This document shows, in pieces, positions 10,706 through 20,151 of a stretch of 64,000 nt of DNA (positions are counted from its first letter, which is position 1; every line of letters starts with the position of its first letter). The stretch is from assembly GCA_965261595.1 (NCBI GenBank), contig CBDHDG010000005.1:608001-672000 (forward strand), in the 5' to 3' direction. The translations under genes were made by a program, and so were the position numbers. This DNA is from a bacterium (lineage in GTDB: Bacteria > UBA8248 > JACPRG01 > G963555815). The notes beneath the pieces are model-generated. The model saw only the letters and a list, made by a program, of their open reading frames with translations, made no database searches and had not been told where the DNA came from.

Positions 10706-10801
10706 ACTTGCACCTTTGCTTGTTGCCCTGGACTGAATCCCACCATTGAGTTTTAATGATATTGACCGGCGAGACAGCCGGTCGCGGATGGAGGCGTGTC
10801 C

Positions 10802-11434
10802 ATGAGCGAGCTGCAAGAACCCATCGTCGTCGTCAAGTATTCCGATTTCACCTGACCCTACTGCTACGTCGCCACCGTGGGTGGCATCCAAATCCTCGAA
10901 CAGGACCCCGACGTCGAGGTGGAGTGGGTAAGCTGGGAAGGGAGACCGCCGGGCGAGCCCTTCTCCGGCTATTCCGAAGAGGTGAAGCGGGAAAAATATC
11001 AGGAGGTTCACAAGCCCATCGCCGAGAAATACGGCGTGCCCATTCGGGTGGCCGGGCCGGACTACCGTACGACGAACGCCCACATCGCCACGTACTACGC
11101 GCGCGACATGGGCCGGTTCAAAGAATTCCGCAACCGGGTCTACAAGGCCCGCTGGGTGGAAGATCTCGACCTCGAAAGCCCCGACGTGCTGGCCAGCCTC
11201 GGTGAGGAGGTGGGTCTTGACGGAAACGGCATCAAACAGGTGATCGCCGAGAAACGCTACCTTGCCCTGCTCCATAGCCAACGGGACCAGGGAAAAAGCC
11301 TGGGCATCCGCGGCATCCCGTCTTTCGCGGTTCAGGGGAAGGTGATATGGAGCGTTGACCCCATTGACGAGGTGAAGGCCGAGGTCGCCCGGGTGAAGCG
11401 GGAACGCCTGGACCAAGAGAAGAACAACGGATAA
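10802..11434 (+). CDS. DsbA/FrnE-like thioredoxin-fold selenoprotein (Sec18, UPYC), 210 aa
   Basis: GGAGG RBS, ATG 10802, reads YSDFT-TGA-PYCY in frame with ORF 10877..11434; cis-Pro loop GIRGIPSF; downstream hairpin. Confidence 0.85.
10868..10887 (+). promoter_or_regulatory. Putative bacterial SECIS element
   Basis: GCCACC-GTG-GGTGGC stem-loop; loop G is 22 nt after the TGA. Confidence 0.65.
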
Positions 11435-11534
11435 CGGGCGCCGGGTCTTCCGGCCGGCCGGCGCGAACACATGATGGTTCGGCGCATCGAGGGAGTCAGG
11501 GGGACGCCATGCTTATTTCCGCTTATGCCCCCTT

Positions 11535-12206
11535 CTAATCACCCCGCGTCGCTTCCTCCCATTCGAGCTTGCCGTTACTTTTTCTGATTTGGATTGCGGC
11601 CATATATCCACCGGCCCACACCGATATGCTTCTTTTCTTCGCGCCGTTCACCCGGAGGACGGCGTCCCCTTTTTGATGGACATTCAGCAGGACTCTGCGC
11701 CGCTGACGCTTGTCGTAGAGGCTGAGGTTCGCGACGCCCAGCTTTGTCCGGGTTCTCTGATTTCCATCAAAGAGTGAAACGAGGGGGTTCCCTTTGGCAT
11801 TTACGTTCGCGCGCAGCCGAAGTTTCCCCCGGATGCCGTCATACAAGCTCATCCCGCGCTCGGAAACGACCACCCGTACAATCCCCTTTTTGCCCAGGAG
11901 TCGAAATCCCTCCCGGTTCAGCCGGAGGCCTTCCTTTCCACCTTTTCGGTAGAGGTAAATAAGTCCCCCGTAAAAGGCGCCTCGCATATTCCCCTTTGCG
12001 TCCCGCATTTCAAGCCCGGTTTCAGTCAGCCTGACGGTCCTTCCGGATTTGCCCTTGATCAGAATGGACCTGGCAACGATTTGTTTGGGGACGTGCTTGG
12101 CGCCCATGAGGGCGCCGGAGACACCCAAGATGGCGATCAGGGCGACGACTTGCTTGAGCCTCCGGTTTTGCCTCTCCAGCTTGTCCATCCGTTTTTCTAT
12201 CGTCAT
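11535..12206 (-). CDS. Hypothetical protein (N-terminal coiled coil, TM/signal segment, basic beta-repeat region)
   Basis: AAGGAG RBS; IEKRMDKLERQNRRLK, hydrophobic segment, repeated L.LYD..G..R units. Confidence 0.7.
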   Translation of the reverse strand: MTIEKRMDKLERQNRRLKQVVALIAILGVSGALMGAKHVPKQIVARSILIKGKSGRTVRLTETGLEMRDAKGNMRGAFYGGLIYLYRKGGKEGLRLNREGFRLLGKKGIVRVVVSERGMSLYDGIRGKLRLRANVNAKGNPLVSLFDGNQRTRTKLGVANLSLYDKRQRRRVLLNVHQKGDAVLRVNGAKKRSISVWAGGYMAAIQIRKSNGKLEWEEATRGD

Positions 12207-12393
12207 CGGTGAGTCTCCTTCTCTCTCATCGCGGTTATGAGAAAATCAGTAATGCGCTACGGACCACCCGAGACGGAGGACCATCCAACCCGCGAGGTCA
12301 ATACACGACCACGCCGCCGCCTTGCTCTGATAGGACACCATTGAGATGAATGGGTTCAGAAAAGATTGGGGTCAAGAAAAGATTGAGAAACGA

Positions 12394-13240
12394 ATGGGGT
12401 CAGGTCTTGAATATTATGTGGAAAGCGAGATCGGCGGGCATCGCCGTGTGGCCGCTCTGGATTGAAGAAGGCGAAGAACCGAAGGCCAAGGCGATCCACA
12501 GATTACGCAGATTTGTGAAGGGCAAGAATAGAGACACAATTCGGCCGGGACCCCCGAGATTCATTGCGCCAAAGACGTTGTAATGAGCGCAACGCCCTCA
12601 ACCGCAGCTTGGCCGGCGTGCAAGCGCCATGGGGTCAGGTCTTGAATATTATGCGGAAAACGAGATCGGCGGGCATCCCGTGTGGCCGCTCTGGATTGAA
12701 GAAGGCGAAGAACCGAAGGCCAAGGCGATCCACAGATTACGCAGATTTGTGAAGGGCAAGAATAGAGACACAATTCGGCCGGGACCCCCGAGATTCGTTG
12801 CGCCAAAGACGTTGTAATGAGCCAACGCCCTCAACCGCAGCTTGGCCGGCGTGCAAGCGCCATGGGGTCAGGTCTTGAATGTTATGCGGAAAGCGAGATC
12901 GGCGGGCATCCCGTGTGGCCGCTCTGGATTGAAGAAGACGAAGAACCGAAGGCCAAGGCGATCCACAGATTACGCAGATTACGCAGATTTGTGAAGGGCA
13001 AGAATAGAGACACAATTCGGCCGGGACCCCCGAGATTCATTGCGCCAAAGACGTTGTAATGAGCGCAACGCCCTCAACCGCAGCTTGGCCGGCGTGCAAG
13101 CGCCATGGGGTCAGGTCTTGAATATTATGCGGAAAGCGAGATCGGCGGGCATCCCGCGTGGCCGCTCTGGATTGAAGAAGGCGAAGAACCGAAGACCAAG
13201 GCGATCCACAGATTACGCAGATTACGCAGATTTGTGAAGG
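12394..13240. repeat. Tandem array of ~235-bp units (3 full copies plus 1 partial)
   Basis: Units start ATGGGGTCAGGTCTTGAA at 12394, 12629, 12862 and 13105; near-identical, no unique spacers. Confidence 0.95.
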
Positions 13241-13355
13241 ATAAGGCAAGACACAAGGGCGGTTCTTCAGTCGGTTGGCAGCCTGCCCCCGCCCGAACAT
13301 ACCTGCACAAGCAGAAGGATCATCGGTCCGAACGTCCGTGCACCCTCGGTTAAGA

Positions 13356-13386
13356 GGAGGCACTGGCGGGCAAGCCCCAGTGGCAC
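13356..13386 (+). repeat. REP-like palindrome family B (GGAGGCACTGGC..GCAAGC..CCAGTGGCAC)
   Basis: Related copies at 52995 and, reversed, at 53126. Confidence 0.7.
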
Positions 13387-13465
13387 ACGCTTTGGTACAA
13401 TCGTAGCGGGCCGGATGAGGACCTGAAAATTCGATAAGGCTTTCGTCGCAAGAGGGAAACTGAAA

Positions 13466-13945
13466 ATGCCAAAGACGAACGGAATTCATCACATCACGAT
13501 GATCTGTCGGGACATGGAGGAAACCACCCGGTTTTACACCGAGCTTTTGGACATGCGGCTGGTCAAGCAAACCGTCAACTTCGACGACCCTTCCTCGAAA
13601 CACTTCTACTTCGGCGACGAGGCCGGCTCGCCCGGGACGGTCCTGACGTTCTTCGAGAACCCGGAAGGCAGACCTGCCAAAATGGGTGTCGGGATCACGC
13701 ACCATATCGCCCTGTCCGTGAAGGATGACGCCGAGCAGATGGCCTGGAAGGAAACGCTCGAGGCTGCGGGCGTGTCGGTCGCCGGACCCTTCGACCGGAC
13801 GTATTTCAAGTCGATCTATTTCCACGACCCCAGCGGGATCATCGTCGAGATGGCGACGGAAGGACCCGGTTTCGCGGTGGACGAGCCCATCAAGGAGCTG
13901 GGCTCGAAGTTGATCCTCCCGGATCCTTCTAAGACGAGAGGATAA
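13466..13945 (+). CDS. VOC/glyoxalase family protein (ring-cleaving dioxygenase-like)
   Basis: GIHHIT, VKQTVNFDDP..HFYFGD, HHIAL, DRTYFKSIYFHDPSG..EMAT.GPGF. Confidence 0.9.
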   Translation: MPKTNGIHHITMICRDMEETTRFYTELLDMRLVKQTVNFDDPSSKHFYFGDEAGSPGTVLTFFENPEGRPAKMGVGITHHIALSVKDDAEQMAWKETLEAAGVSVAGPFDRTYFKSIYFHDPSGIIVEMATEGPGFAVDEPIKELGSKLILPDPSKTRG

Positions 13946-13956
13946 CGGACGAAATC

Positions 13957-14006
13957 TTTGGGGGACATTTTGAAAACTGTCCCCCAAACCCCCTCGAAAA
14001 CTTTTG
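13957..14006 (+). repeat. REP-like palindrome family A, copy 2
   Basis: TTTGGGGGACATTTTGAAAACTGTCCCCCAAACCCCCTCGAAAACTTT just after the VOC stop codon. Confidence 0.85.
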
Positions 14007-14185
14007 ACGGCCAAGCCTGCGGCTTGGCCTTTCCCGCGCTTGGAGGGGGATTCACATCGCGTCGGTCTGTATGGCGCGGATTAATCGCGTCTTTTCTCTT
14101 ATCGGAAGGACAGGCTTGGTTCCCGCACCCACCCGATGATTTCCCACGAAGGGTTTCAGGAGGTTCCCAACCTCCGGAATGTTTT

Positions 14186-15411
14186 TCACCCTCGCCTTGG
14201 CAGGGCCGTCCAGTAGATGGCGAACGAGACGAGCGCCACGGCGCTGGACGCGAAGAACAGCCCATCGATCCCGAGAGAGCGGAAAAACGTCCCGGCCAGG
14301 GCCGCCCCGGCGATCCTGCCGGCCCCGTACGTCGAGGCCGAGAACAGCGCCTGGCCGCTGCTCTTGAGCGACTCCGGCGTATTCCTGTACACAAACCCGA
14401 CGCTCGCCACGTGGAAGGCCGCAAAGGTGAAGGCGTGCAGGAGCGAGATGGACAGGAAGGCCCAGGGCCCTTGGGCGAACGGATAGAGAGACCACCGGAT
14501 CACCGCCGCCCCGGCCGACATCAGGAGAAGCGTTCGGGTTCCCCACCGCTCCAGGAGTTTTCCCGAGAACATCAGGAAAACCACCTCCGCCGCGACGCCC
14601 ACCGAGAAGGACCAGCCGATCACCCAGCCGGGAAGCCCGAGGGTTTTCATGTGGATGGGCAGGAATGTCCACAAAGCCCCATGGCTCGTCCGCAGGAAGA
14701 ATCCCGCCGCCAGGAAGGCGACGAACTGCGGCCGCTTGAGGAGCGCGGCGATCTCCGGACCCAGCCGCGCGCGCGTCCCCCCCCTTTTTCTCTCCGACGG
14801 GAGCGTCAAAGCCAAAAGGGCCTGGATCCCCGCCGCGGCCAGGAAAACGTAAACCATCGCCCGGATCGAGAAGGCGTCCACCAGGTAGCCGATAAAGAGA
14901 CTCGCCGTAATGAATCCGACCGACCCCCACAACCGGAATCCCCCGTAGGCCGCCGGTCTGTTTCTCTCCCTGACGGCCCCTTCCGGATCGGGTTCGGGCT
15001 GCTCGTTTTTATCCGGTCCAGGTGTTCCAGCGTCGCGCTCTCGACGAGCGGGAGGGTCGAGGTCCGGAAAGCGGCAAAGGCGAACACCACGGCCGCCAGG
15101 GCCGGAAAGGTCTCCGCGACGAGCAGCCCGGAGAAAAGCCCTCCGCCCGCCGCCGAGAGGCAAAAAATGAGGACTTTGCGGTTCCTGAACTTGTCGGCGA
15201 CCATCCCCCAAAGGGGCGGGGCCAAAACGGCCCCCAGCGGCATCAAGGCCCAGACCGTTCCCACCTCGGCCCCGCTCAGCCCCCGCGATTGAAGGAAGAT
15301 GCTGAGGTACGGCCCGTAAACCCCCAGACCGAAAAAGGCGAGGAAATAGAACCCCCGGAGGGTGAACGAAAGGGGCGGAAAGGGGCGGGGCCGGGAATCG
15401 CGCAAATTCAA
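14186..15411 (-). CDS. MFS transporter (HcaT/MFS_1-like) with apparent 1-nt frameshift near 15013
   Basis: N-half in ORF 14806..15411 (PYLSIFL, WGMVADK); C-half in ORF 14186..15442 (YGGFRLWGSVGF, LLHAFTF). Confidence 0.8.
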
Positions 15412-15546
15412 CGGTCTCCAGAGGAGGCATCGGGTGCGTCACGGGCCAAGATTAGAAAGGGAGGAGGGTTCGGGTCAAGGTCCGGTCCGTGATAAGATGC
15501 GCTTCGATTCGACCGAGCCGACGCCGTCCCCCGGGAGAGCGCGCAC

Positions 15547-16554
15547 GTGAAGCCGACCCTTGAGCCGATGAAGACGAACCCGAAACGCCCGGACCGGGGC
15601 CGGCGCCCATGGGCCGGGCTCCGCCGTCTCTCACCCGCGCTCCCCGTCCTCCTGGCAGTCGCCGGCGGACTGACCGGCTGCATCTCGACGGAAGACTACA
15701 ACCAAATCGTAGCGGAAAGGAACAAATGGCGGACCTCCGCCCTGGATCTGGACACCCAGTACAAACATCTCCGGGCCGTTCTGGACGACTGGATCAAGGC
15801 CCACAAGGTGCTCGAGGAGCGGGTGAAGCGATTCTCCGTCACGCGGCGCGCCGCCGTCGTCCCCCGGGACACGCGGCGGGAGATCGGCCGGCTCAAAAAA
15901 CAGGTGGAGCGGTACACCCGGGAGATCGCCATCCTCGAGGCCAAGGCCCAAAGGCTCGAAGAGGACCGCGACGCCTTCCAGGACTGGTACAAAATCTATC
16001 GCCGGCGCTACCGGCAGGCCGTCCTCCGCGAGCAGCGGCTCCAGCGCAAAAGCAAGGTCTACGAGCGGATGGTGAAGAACCTGGAATCCGATGTCGAGAA
16101 GGGCAACCTCAAGCTCCAGGAGGCCCAGGGCCGTCTGACAGTCAGCGTCCTCGACAAAATCGTCTTCGCCCCGGGAGGCCTGGAGATCAGCCCGGAAGGA
16201 AAGGTCGTTCTCAAGAAGCTGGCGAACCTTCTGAAGGGATTGACGGGCAAGCGCATCCAGGTCGAGGGCCACACGGACGCTCTGCCCGTGCGTCCCATGG
16301 CCGACCGCCGCTACCGCGACAACTGGGAGCTCTCCACCCTGCGGGCCTCGGCCGTCGTCCGGTTCCTCCAGGAAGCCGGCGGTGTGGACCCGACCCTCCT
16401 GTCCGCCGTCGGCCACGGTCCGTTCCAGCCCGTCGCGACCAATGCCACGCCGGAAGGCCGGCAAAAGAACCGCCGAATCGAAATCGTCCTGACCCCCCTG
16501 CCGAAACGGACCATCACGCGGACCCCCTCCCCGGACGGCGCCCCCGCGCGGTGA
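15547..16554 (+). CDS. OmpA/MotB-family peptidoglycan-binding lipoprotein with coiled coil
   Basis: Lipobox LTGC; VEGHTD, NWELSTLRA, NRRIEI. Confidence 0.88.
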   Translation: MKPTLEPMKTNPKRPDRGRRPWAGLRRLSPALPVLLAVAGGLTGCISTEDYNQIVAERNKWRTSALDLDTQYKHLRAVLDDWIKAHKVLEERVKRFSVTRRAAVVPRDTRREIGRLKKQVERYTREIAILEAKAQRLEEDRDAFQDWYKIYRRRYRQAVLREQRLQRKSKVYERMVKNLESDVEKGNLKLQEAQGRLTVSVLDKIVFAPGGLEISPEGKVVLKKLANLLKGLTGKRIQVEGHTDALPVRPMADRRYRDNWELSTLRASAVVRFLQEAGGVDPTLLSAVGHGPFQPVATNATPEGRQKNRRIEIVLTPLPKRTITRTPSPDGAPAR

Positions 16555-16580
16555 GGGGGAAGTCTCCCCGGGGGCCTTGA

Positions 16581-16658
16581 ATCGTCGTGGTCCTCAAGCG
16601 GACGATCGATGTGATGGCGGAGATCGGCGAGGCGAAACCCGAATGCCCGATTCGGTAG
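16581..16658 (+). pseudogene. Possible C-terminal remnant of a Type ISP restriction-modification enzyme
   Basis: Translates IVVVLKRTIDVMAEIGEAKPECPIR*, resembling the IVVAL.ETIRLMAEID..IP.WPI* tail as recalled; no start codon. Confidence 0.4.
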
Positions 16659-16700
16659 GTGATTCAGAGGAAGCCGGGTAAGCCGCGAACGGAGCAAGGC

Positions 16701-16728
16701 GAGATTCCTCACTTCGTTCGGAATGACA
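16701..16728. repeat. REP-like palindromic half-element GAGATTCCTCACTTCGTTCGGAATGACA
   Basis: ATTCC...GGAAT stem; resembles a widespread intergenic repeat type; single copy in window. Confidence 0.5.
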
Positions 16729-16790
16729 AGCCCGTGAAGTTTGCAAGCGACTGAGATTCTCTGGGATTTTTTGATTGTGCCCAATGGGGG

Positions 16791-16826
16791 TTTCAGGGGG
16801 ACAGTTTTCAAAATGTCCCCCTGAAA
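16791..16826 (-). repeat. REP-like palindrome family A, copy 3 (reverse orientation)
   Basis: TTTCAGGGGGACA-GTTTTCAAAA-TGTCCCCCTGAAA, immediately upstream of the amidohydrolase RBS. Confidence 0.85.
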
Positions 16827-16839
16827 GATTGGGGAAATC

Positions 16840-18252
16840 ATGAGCTTTCTGATCAAGAACGGTTACGTCGTCACGATGAACCCCGATCGGGAGGTCTTTG
16901 ACGGGGGGTTCGTCGCCGTGGAGGGCAGCCGGATCGAGGGCGTCGGGCCTGCCTCCGCCCTGCCCGGGAAGACCTACGACGAAAACCTCGACGCCTCGGG
17001 GATGATCGTCCTGCCCGGGCTGATCAACATGCACCAGCATCACTGGTACAACCTCTTCAAGGGCCTGTGCGACGGGGTGCTTCTCGAGCCCTGGGTCTTC
17101 GACTTCGTGCTGCCCATCACCCGCCTCCTGACGGCGGACGACCTGCGGGCCTCGGCCTATCTTGGCGCGCTGGAGATGGTCCGGACGGGGACGACGTGCT
17201 GCCTCAACCACTCCGTCACGACGACCTTCGAGGACGAGACGGCGGCCACGATCGAGCCGATGGCCGAGGTGGGATTCCGGCAGGTGTTCGCCAAGGATTT
17301 CCGCTCGAAGACGCCCGGAAACCCCGACCACCCCCACACCCCGCAAGAGGCCGGGGCGTTCATCGGGGAGCTGGTGGACAAGTGGCACGGGGCGCGGGAC
17401 GGCCTGATCCGGATGGCCCTGGTCATCGAATCCAACGCCCACTGGATGGCGGCGGGCATGAGATCGGAAGCGTTGATCCAGAGCGGCTACGAGCTGGCCA
17501 AGGGCAAGGACCTCAAGATCTCCGACCACGTCGCCGCCGGGACGCTCTCGATGGAGATGGGCTACCTGAAATACCTCCGCGAGACCGGCCGCACGGACGT
17601 GGCCTACCTCATGGAGGGGGGCTATCTGGATGACCGGTGGCTCATGATCCACGGCATCCACATCAGTGACACCGACATCGCCATGATGAAGGAGGCCGGC
17701 TCGCCCCTGGTCTATACGCCCACGAGCGAATCCATGCGGGGCGGGGGCATCGTCCCGGCGGCCAAGGCCGCCCGGGCGGGCGTGAACGTTTCCCTGGGCA
17801 CGGACGGCCCCATGGTGGATTACTCCGTGGACATGGTGGAGCAGATGAAGGTGTGCACCCTGATGCAGCACATCCGCCACCTGGACCCGACGATGATGCC
17901 CATCGAGCGCTCGCTCGAGATGGCCACGATCAACGGAGCGAAGGCCCTGGGGATGGAGGGGGAGATCGGATCCATCGAGGCCGGAAAGCGCGCGGACGTC
18001 GCCGCCTTCGACATGAGCGGCCCCCACGTCCAGGTGGTCCATAAGCCCCTGTCGAACTTCGTCTGCTGCGGCCGGGGGGCGGACGCCCACACGGTCCTCA
18101 TCGACGGCAGGCCCATCCTCCGCGAGGGCCGGTTCACCGAGTTCACGGACGTGGACGAGGTCATTCGCGAGGCCACCGAGCGGGGCCGGGCCATCGCCGG
18201 GAAAGCGGGCCACTCGGACCGCGCGCGGCTCAACTGGCCGGGCGCGTCATAG
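16840..18252 (+). CDS. Amidohydrolase, MTA/SAH-deaminase / Atz-Trz-like
   Basis: PGLINMHQH, HGIH, LGTDG, GSIEAGKRAD. Confidence 0.9.
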   Translation: MSFLIKNGYVVTMNPDREVFDGGFVAVEGSRIEGVGPASALPGKTYDENLDASGMIVLPGLINMHQHHWYNLFKGLCDGVLLEPWVFDFVLPITRLLTADDLRASAYLGALEMVRTGTTCCLNHSVTTTFEDETAATIEPMAEVGFRQVFAKDFRSKTPGNPDHPHTPQEAGAFIGELVDKWHGARDGLIRMALVIESNAHWMAAGMRSEALIQSGYELAKGKDLKISDHVAAGTLSMEMGYLKYLRETGRTDVAYLMEGGYLDDRWLMIHGIHISDTDIAMMKEAGSPLVYTPTSESMRGGGIVPAAKAARAGVNVSLGTDGPMVDYSVDMVEQMKVCTLMQHIRHLDPTMMPIERSLEMATINGAKALGMEGEIGSIEAGKRADVAAFDMSGPHVQVVHKPLSNFVCCGRGADAHTVLIDGRPILREGRFTEFTDVDEVIREATERGRAIAGKAGHSDRARLNWPGAS

Positions 18253-18445
18253 AAGCTCAACCGCCGGGGGGGGGAGGGGGGGCGTTTCCCACTCGCGCGG
18301 GGCGCCCCGGTTCGTCGGTCGGTTTCACAGAGTGGTTTCCTCTCAGATGAATTTGTTATGATTCCCCATTCTTTTTCATAAGACGAATCATCCGGTCATG
18401 ACGGTTTCCGGGACGGAATGGGCGTCCCATGAGCGGCAGAAATCC

Positions 18446-19245
18446 ATGGAAGTACAGGTCAACGACGTTTCGAAAGTCTGGGGCGTGGACATCGACCAGC
18501 CGGTGGAGGCGCTGGAGTCCATCACGCACACATTTCCATCTCAAAGGTTCACCTGCCTTCTGGGGCCTTCCGGGTGCGGAAAGAGCACCCTCCTCCAGAT
18601 CATCGCGGGACTGACCTCCCTGACGTCGGGGGGGATCGATGTCGTGGACCCGGGAAACGGCCGCCGGGCCGCGTTGGGGGAAAACTCCACCATGGTCTGG
18701 CAGAGCTTCAACCTCTTCCCCTGGCTGAACGTTGTCGACAACATCGCCTTCGGCCTCAAGATGGAAGGCGTCGGAAGGGAAGAGCGCCGCCGCCGCGCGC
18801 AGGAGTACATCGACTATGTGGCCTCGTAGGGTTTGAAACCCATCTTCCCCGGCAGCTCTCTGGCGGGATGAAGCAGCGGGTCGGGCTGGCCCGGGCCCTG
18901 ATCAAAGACCCCGACATCCTCTTGATGGACGAGCCTTTCGGCGCCCTGGACGCCCAGACGAAGATCGTCATGCAGGAAGAAGTCCAGCGCCTCTACCTCC
19001 AGACCCACAAGACGGTCATCTTCGTCACGCACGCCATCGACGAGTCGATCCTTCTGGCGGACGAGGTCGTCGTCATGACGGCCCGGCCGGGCCGGGTCAA
19101 GGAGGTGGTCCCCATCGACCTGCCCAGACCCCGTTCGCTGGACCACATGAACTCTCAAGCGTTCGGTGAATTGTTCAACCGGATCTATCACCTCATCAAG
19201 GAGGAGGTCGAGCGGTCCATGGCGAGCGAGCGGGTGACGGCATGA
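18446..19245 (+). CDS. NitT/TauT ABC transporter ATPase with 1-nt frameshift at ~18820
   Basis: Walker [10 protein letters not shown] in one frame; [15 protein letters not shown] and VTH in another. Confidence 0.85.
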
Positions 19246-20099
19246 CGGCGGAAACGGCGGTGAAGAAGCCCTTGCCTTCCGCCGACCCGAAAAAGGGAGG
19301 GGGGATGGGGGGAGGGAAGGGCCGGGCGAAGCGACTCCAGCGGCGCTCGCGTCTTATCCAGGTCGCCTCGGTCTTGGGCGTCCTGGCGGTGTGGGAGGGC
19401 TTCGTCCGGCTGTTCGCCATCGAGCCGATCTTCCTGCCTTCCGTCACCTTCATCCTGCAAACATTCTGGGAATTGCTCTGGGACGGAACGCTTCCATGGC
19501 ACACATGGGCGACCATCATGCGCGTTCTGACCGGGTTTTTGGCCGCGGCCGTCGCCGGGGTCGCGGTCGGCGTCGGGATGGGGATGTCCCGGACTTTTCG
19601 AAACCTGTGCGACCCGCTCATCGCCGCGCTCTATCCCCTGCCCAAGATCACCCTGATCCCGCTCCTCATCATCTGGCTCGGCTCGGGCGAGGCGTACAAG
19701 TTTATCATCAGCGCCTTTACGGCCTTTTTCCCGATTGTCATCAATACGTACACGGGTCTGCGCCAAGTGGACGAGGGCCTGGTCAAGGCGGCCCGGGACC
19801 TCGGGGCCAACGAGCGCCGAATCCAGTTGGAAGTCATGATGCCGGCCGCCGTCCCCAGCATCTTCGCGGGTTTCCGATTGGGGATGGGGGTGGCCATCAT
19901 CCTGACGGTTGCTTCCGAGATGATCGCGAGCCAGAATGGGCTGGGGCGCTTCCTGGTCGAGGCGGGTGCCATCCTGGAGACGGAAAAGGTTTTCGCGGCC
20001 CTTTTTGTCATGGCGATTCTGGGAATCGTCGTGACCAAGGCCCAGGATTGGGCGGACATGTGGTTCGCCGCCTGGGCCTTTGAGACGCGGGAGCCGTGA
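19242..20099 (+). CDS. NitT/TauT ABC transporter permease
   Basis: PKITLIP, EAA-like loop, multiple TM helices. Confidence 0.9.
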   Translation: MTAETAVKKPLPSADPKKGGGMGGGKGRAKRLQRRSRLIQVASVLGVLAVWEGFVRLFAIEPIFLPSVTFILQTFWELLWDGTLPWHTWATIMRVLTGFLAAAVAGVAVGVGMGMSRTFRNLCDPLIAALYPLPKITLIPLLIIWLGSGEAYKFIISAFTAFFPIVINTYTGLRQVDEGLVKAARDLGANERRIQLEVMMPAAVPSIFAGFRLGMGVAIILTVASEMIASQNGLGRFLVEAGAILETEKVFAALFVMAILGIVVTKAQDWADMWFAAWAFETREP

Positions 20100-20151
20100 A
20101 GCCGCCGCGCTCGTTTGAACGCACCAACATTTCCGGAGGGGAGGAGCGACG

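Noticed and set aside
12394..13240. CRISPR array
   Set aside because: Units are ~235 bp and near-identical throughout, with no unique spacers and no cas genes in the window
12350..13353. Repeated 62-82 aa ORFs (MGSGLEYYAE...) inside the array as real genes
   Set aside because: No RBS, copy 1 carries a frame-breaking indel, and ORFs occur in several frames on both strands; probably by-products of the repeat, though not fully excluded
13381..13397. Sigma54 promoter TGGCAC-N5-TTGG upstream of the VOC gene
   Set aside because: The -12 GC is missing and TGGCAC is the end of the family B repeat
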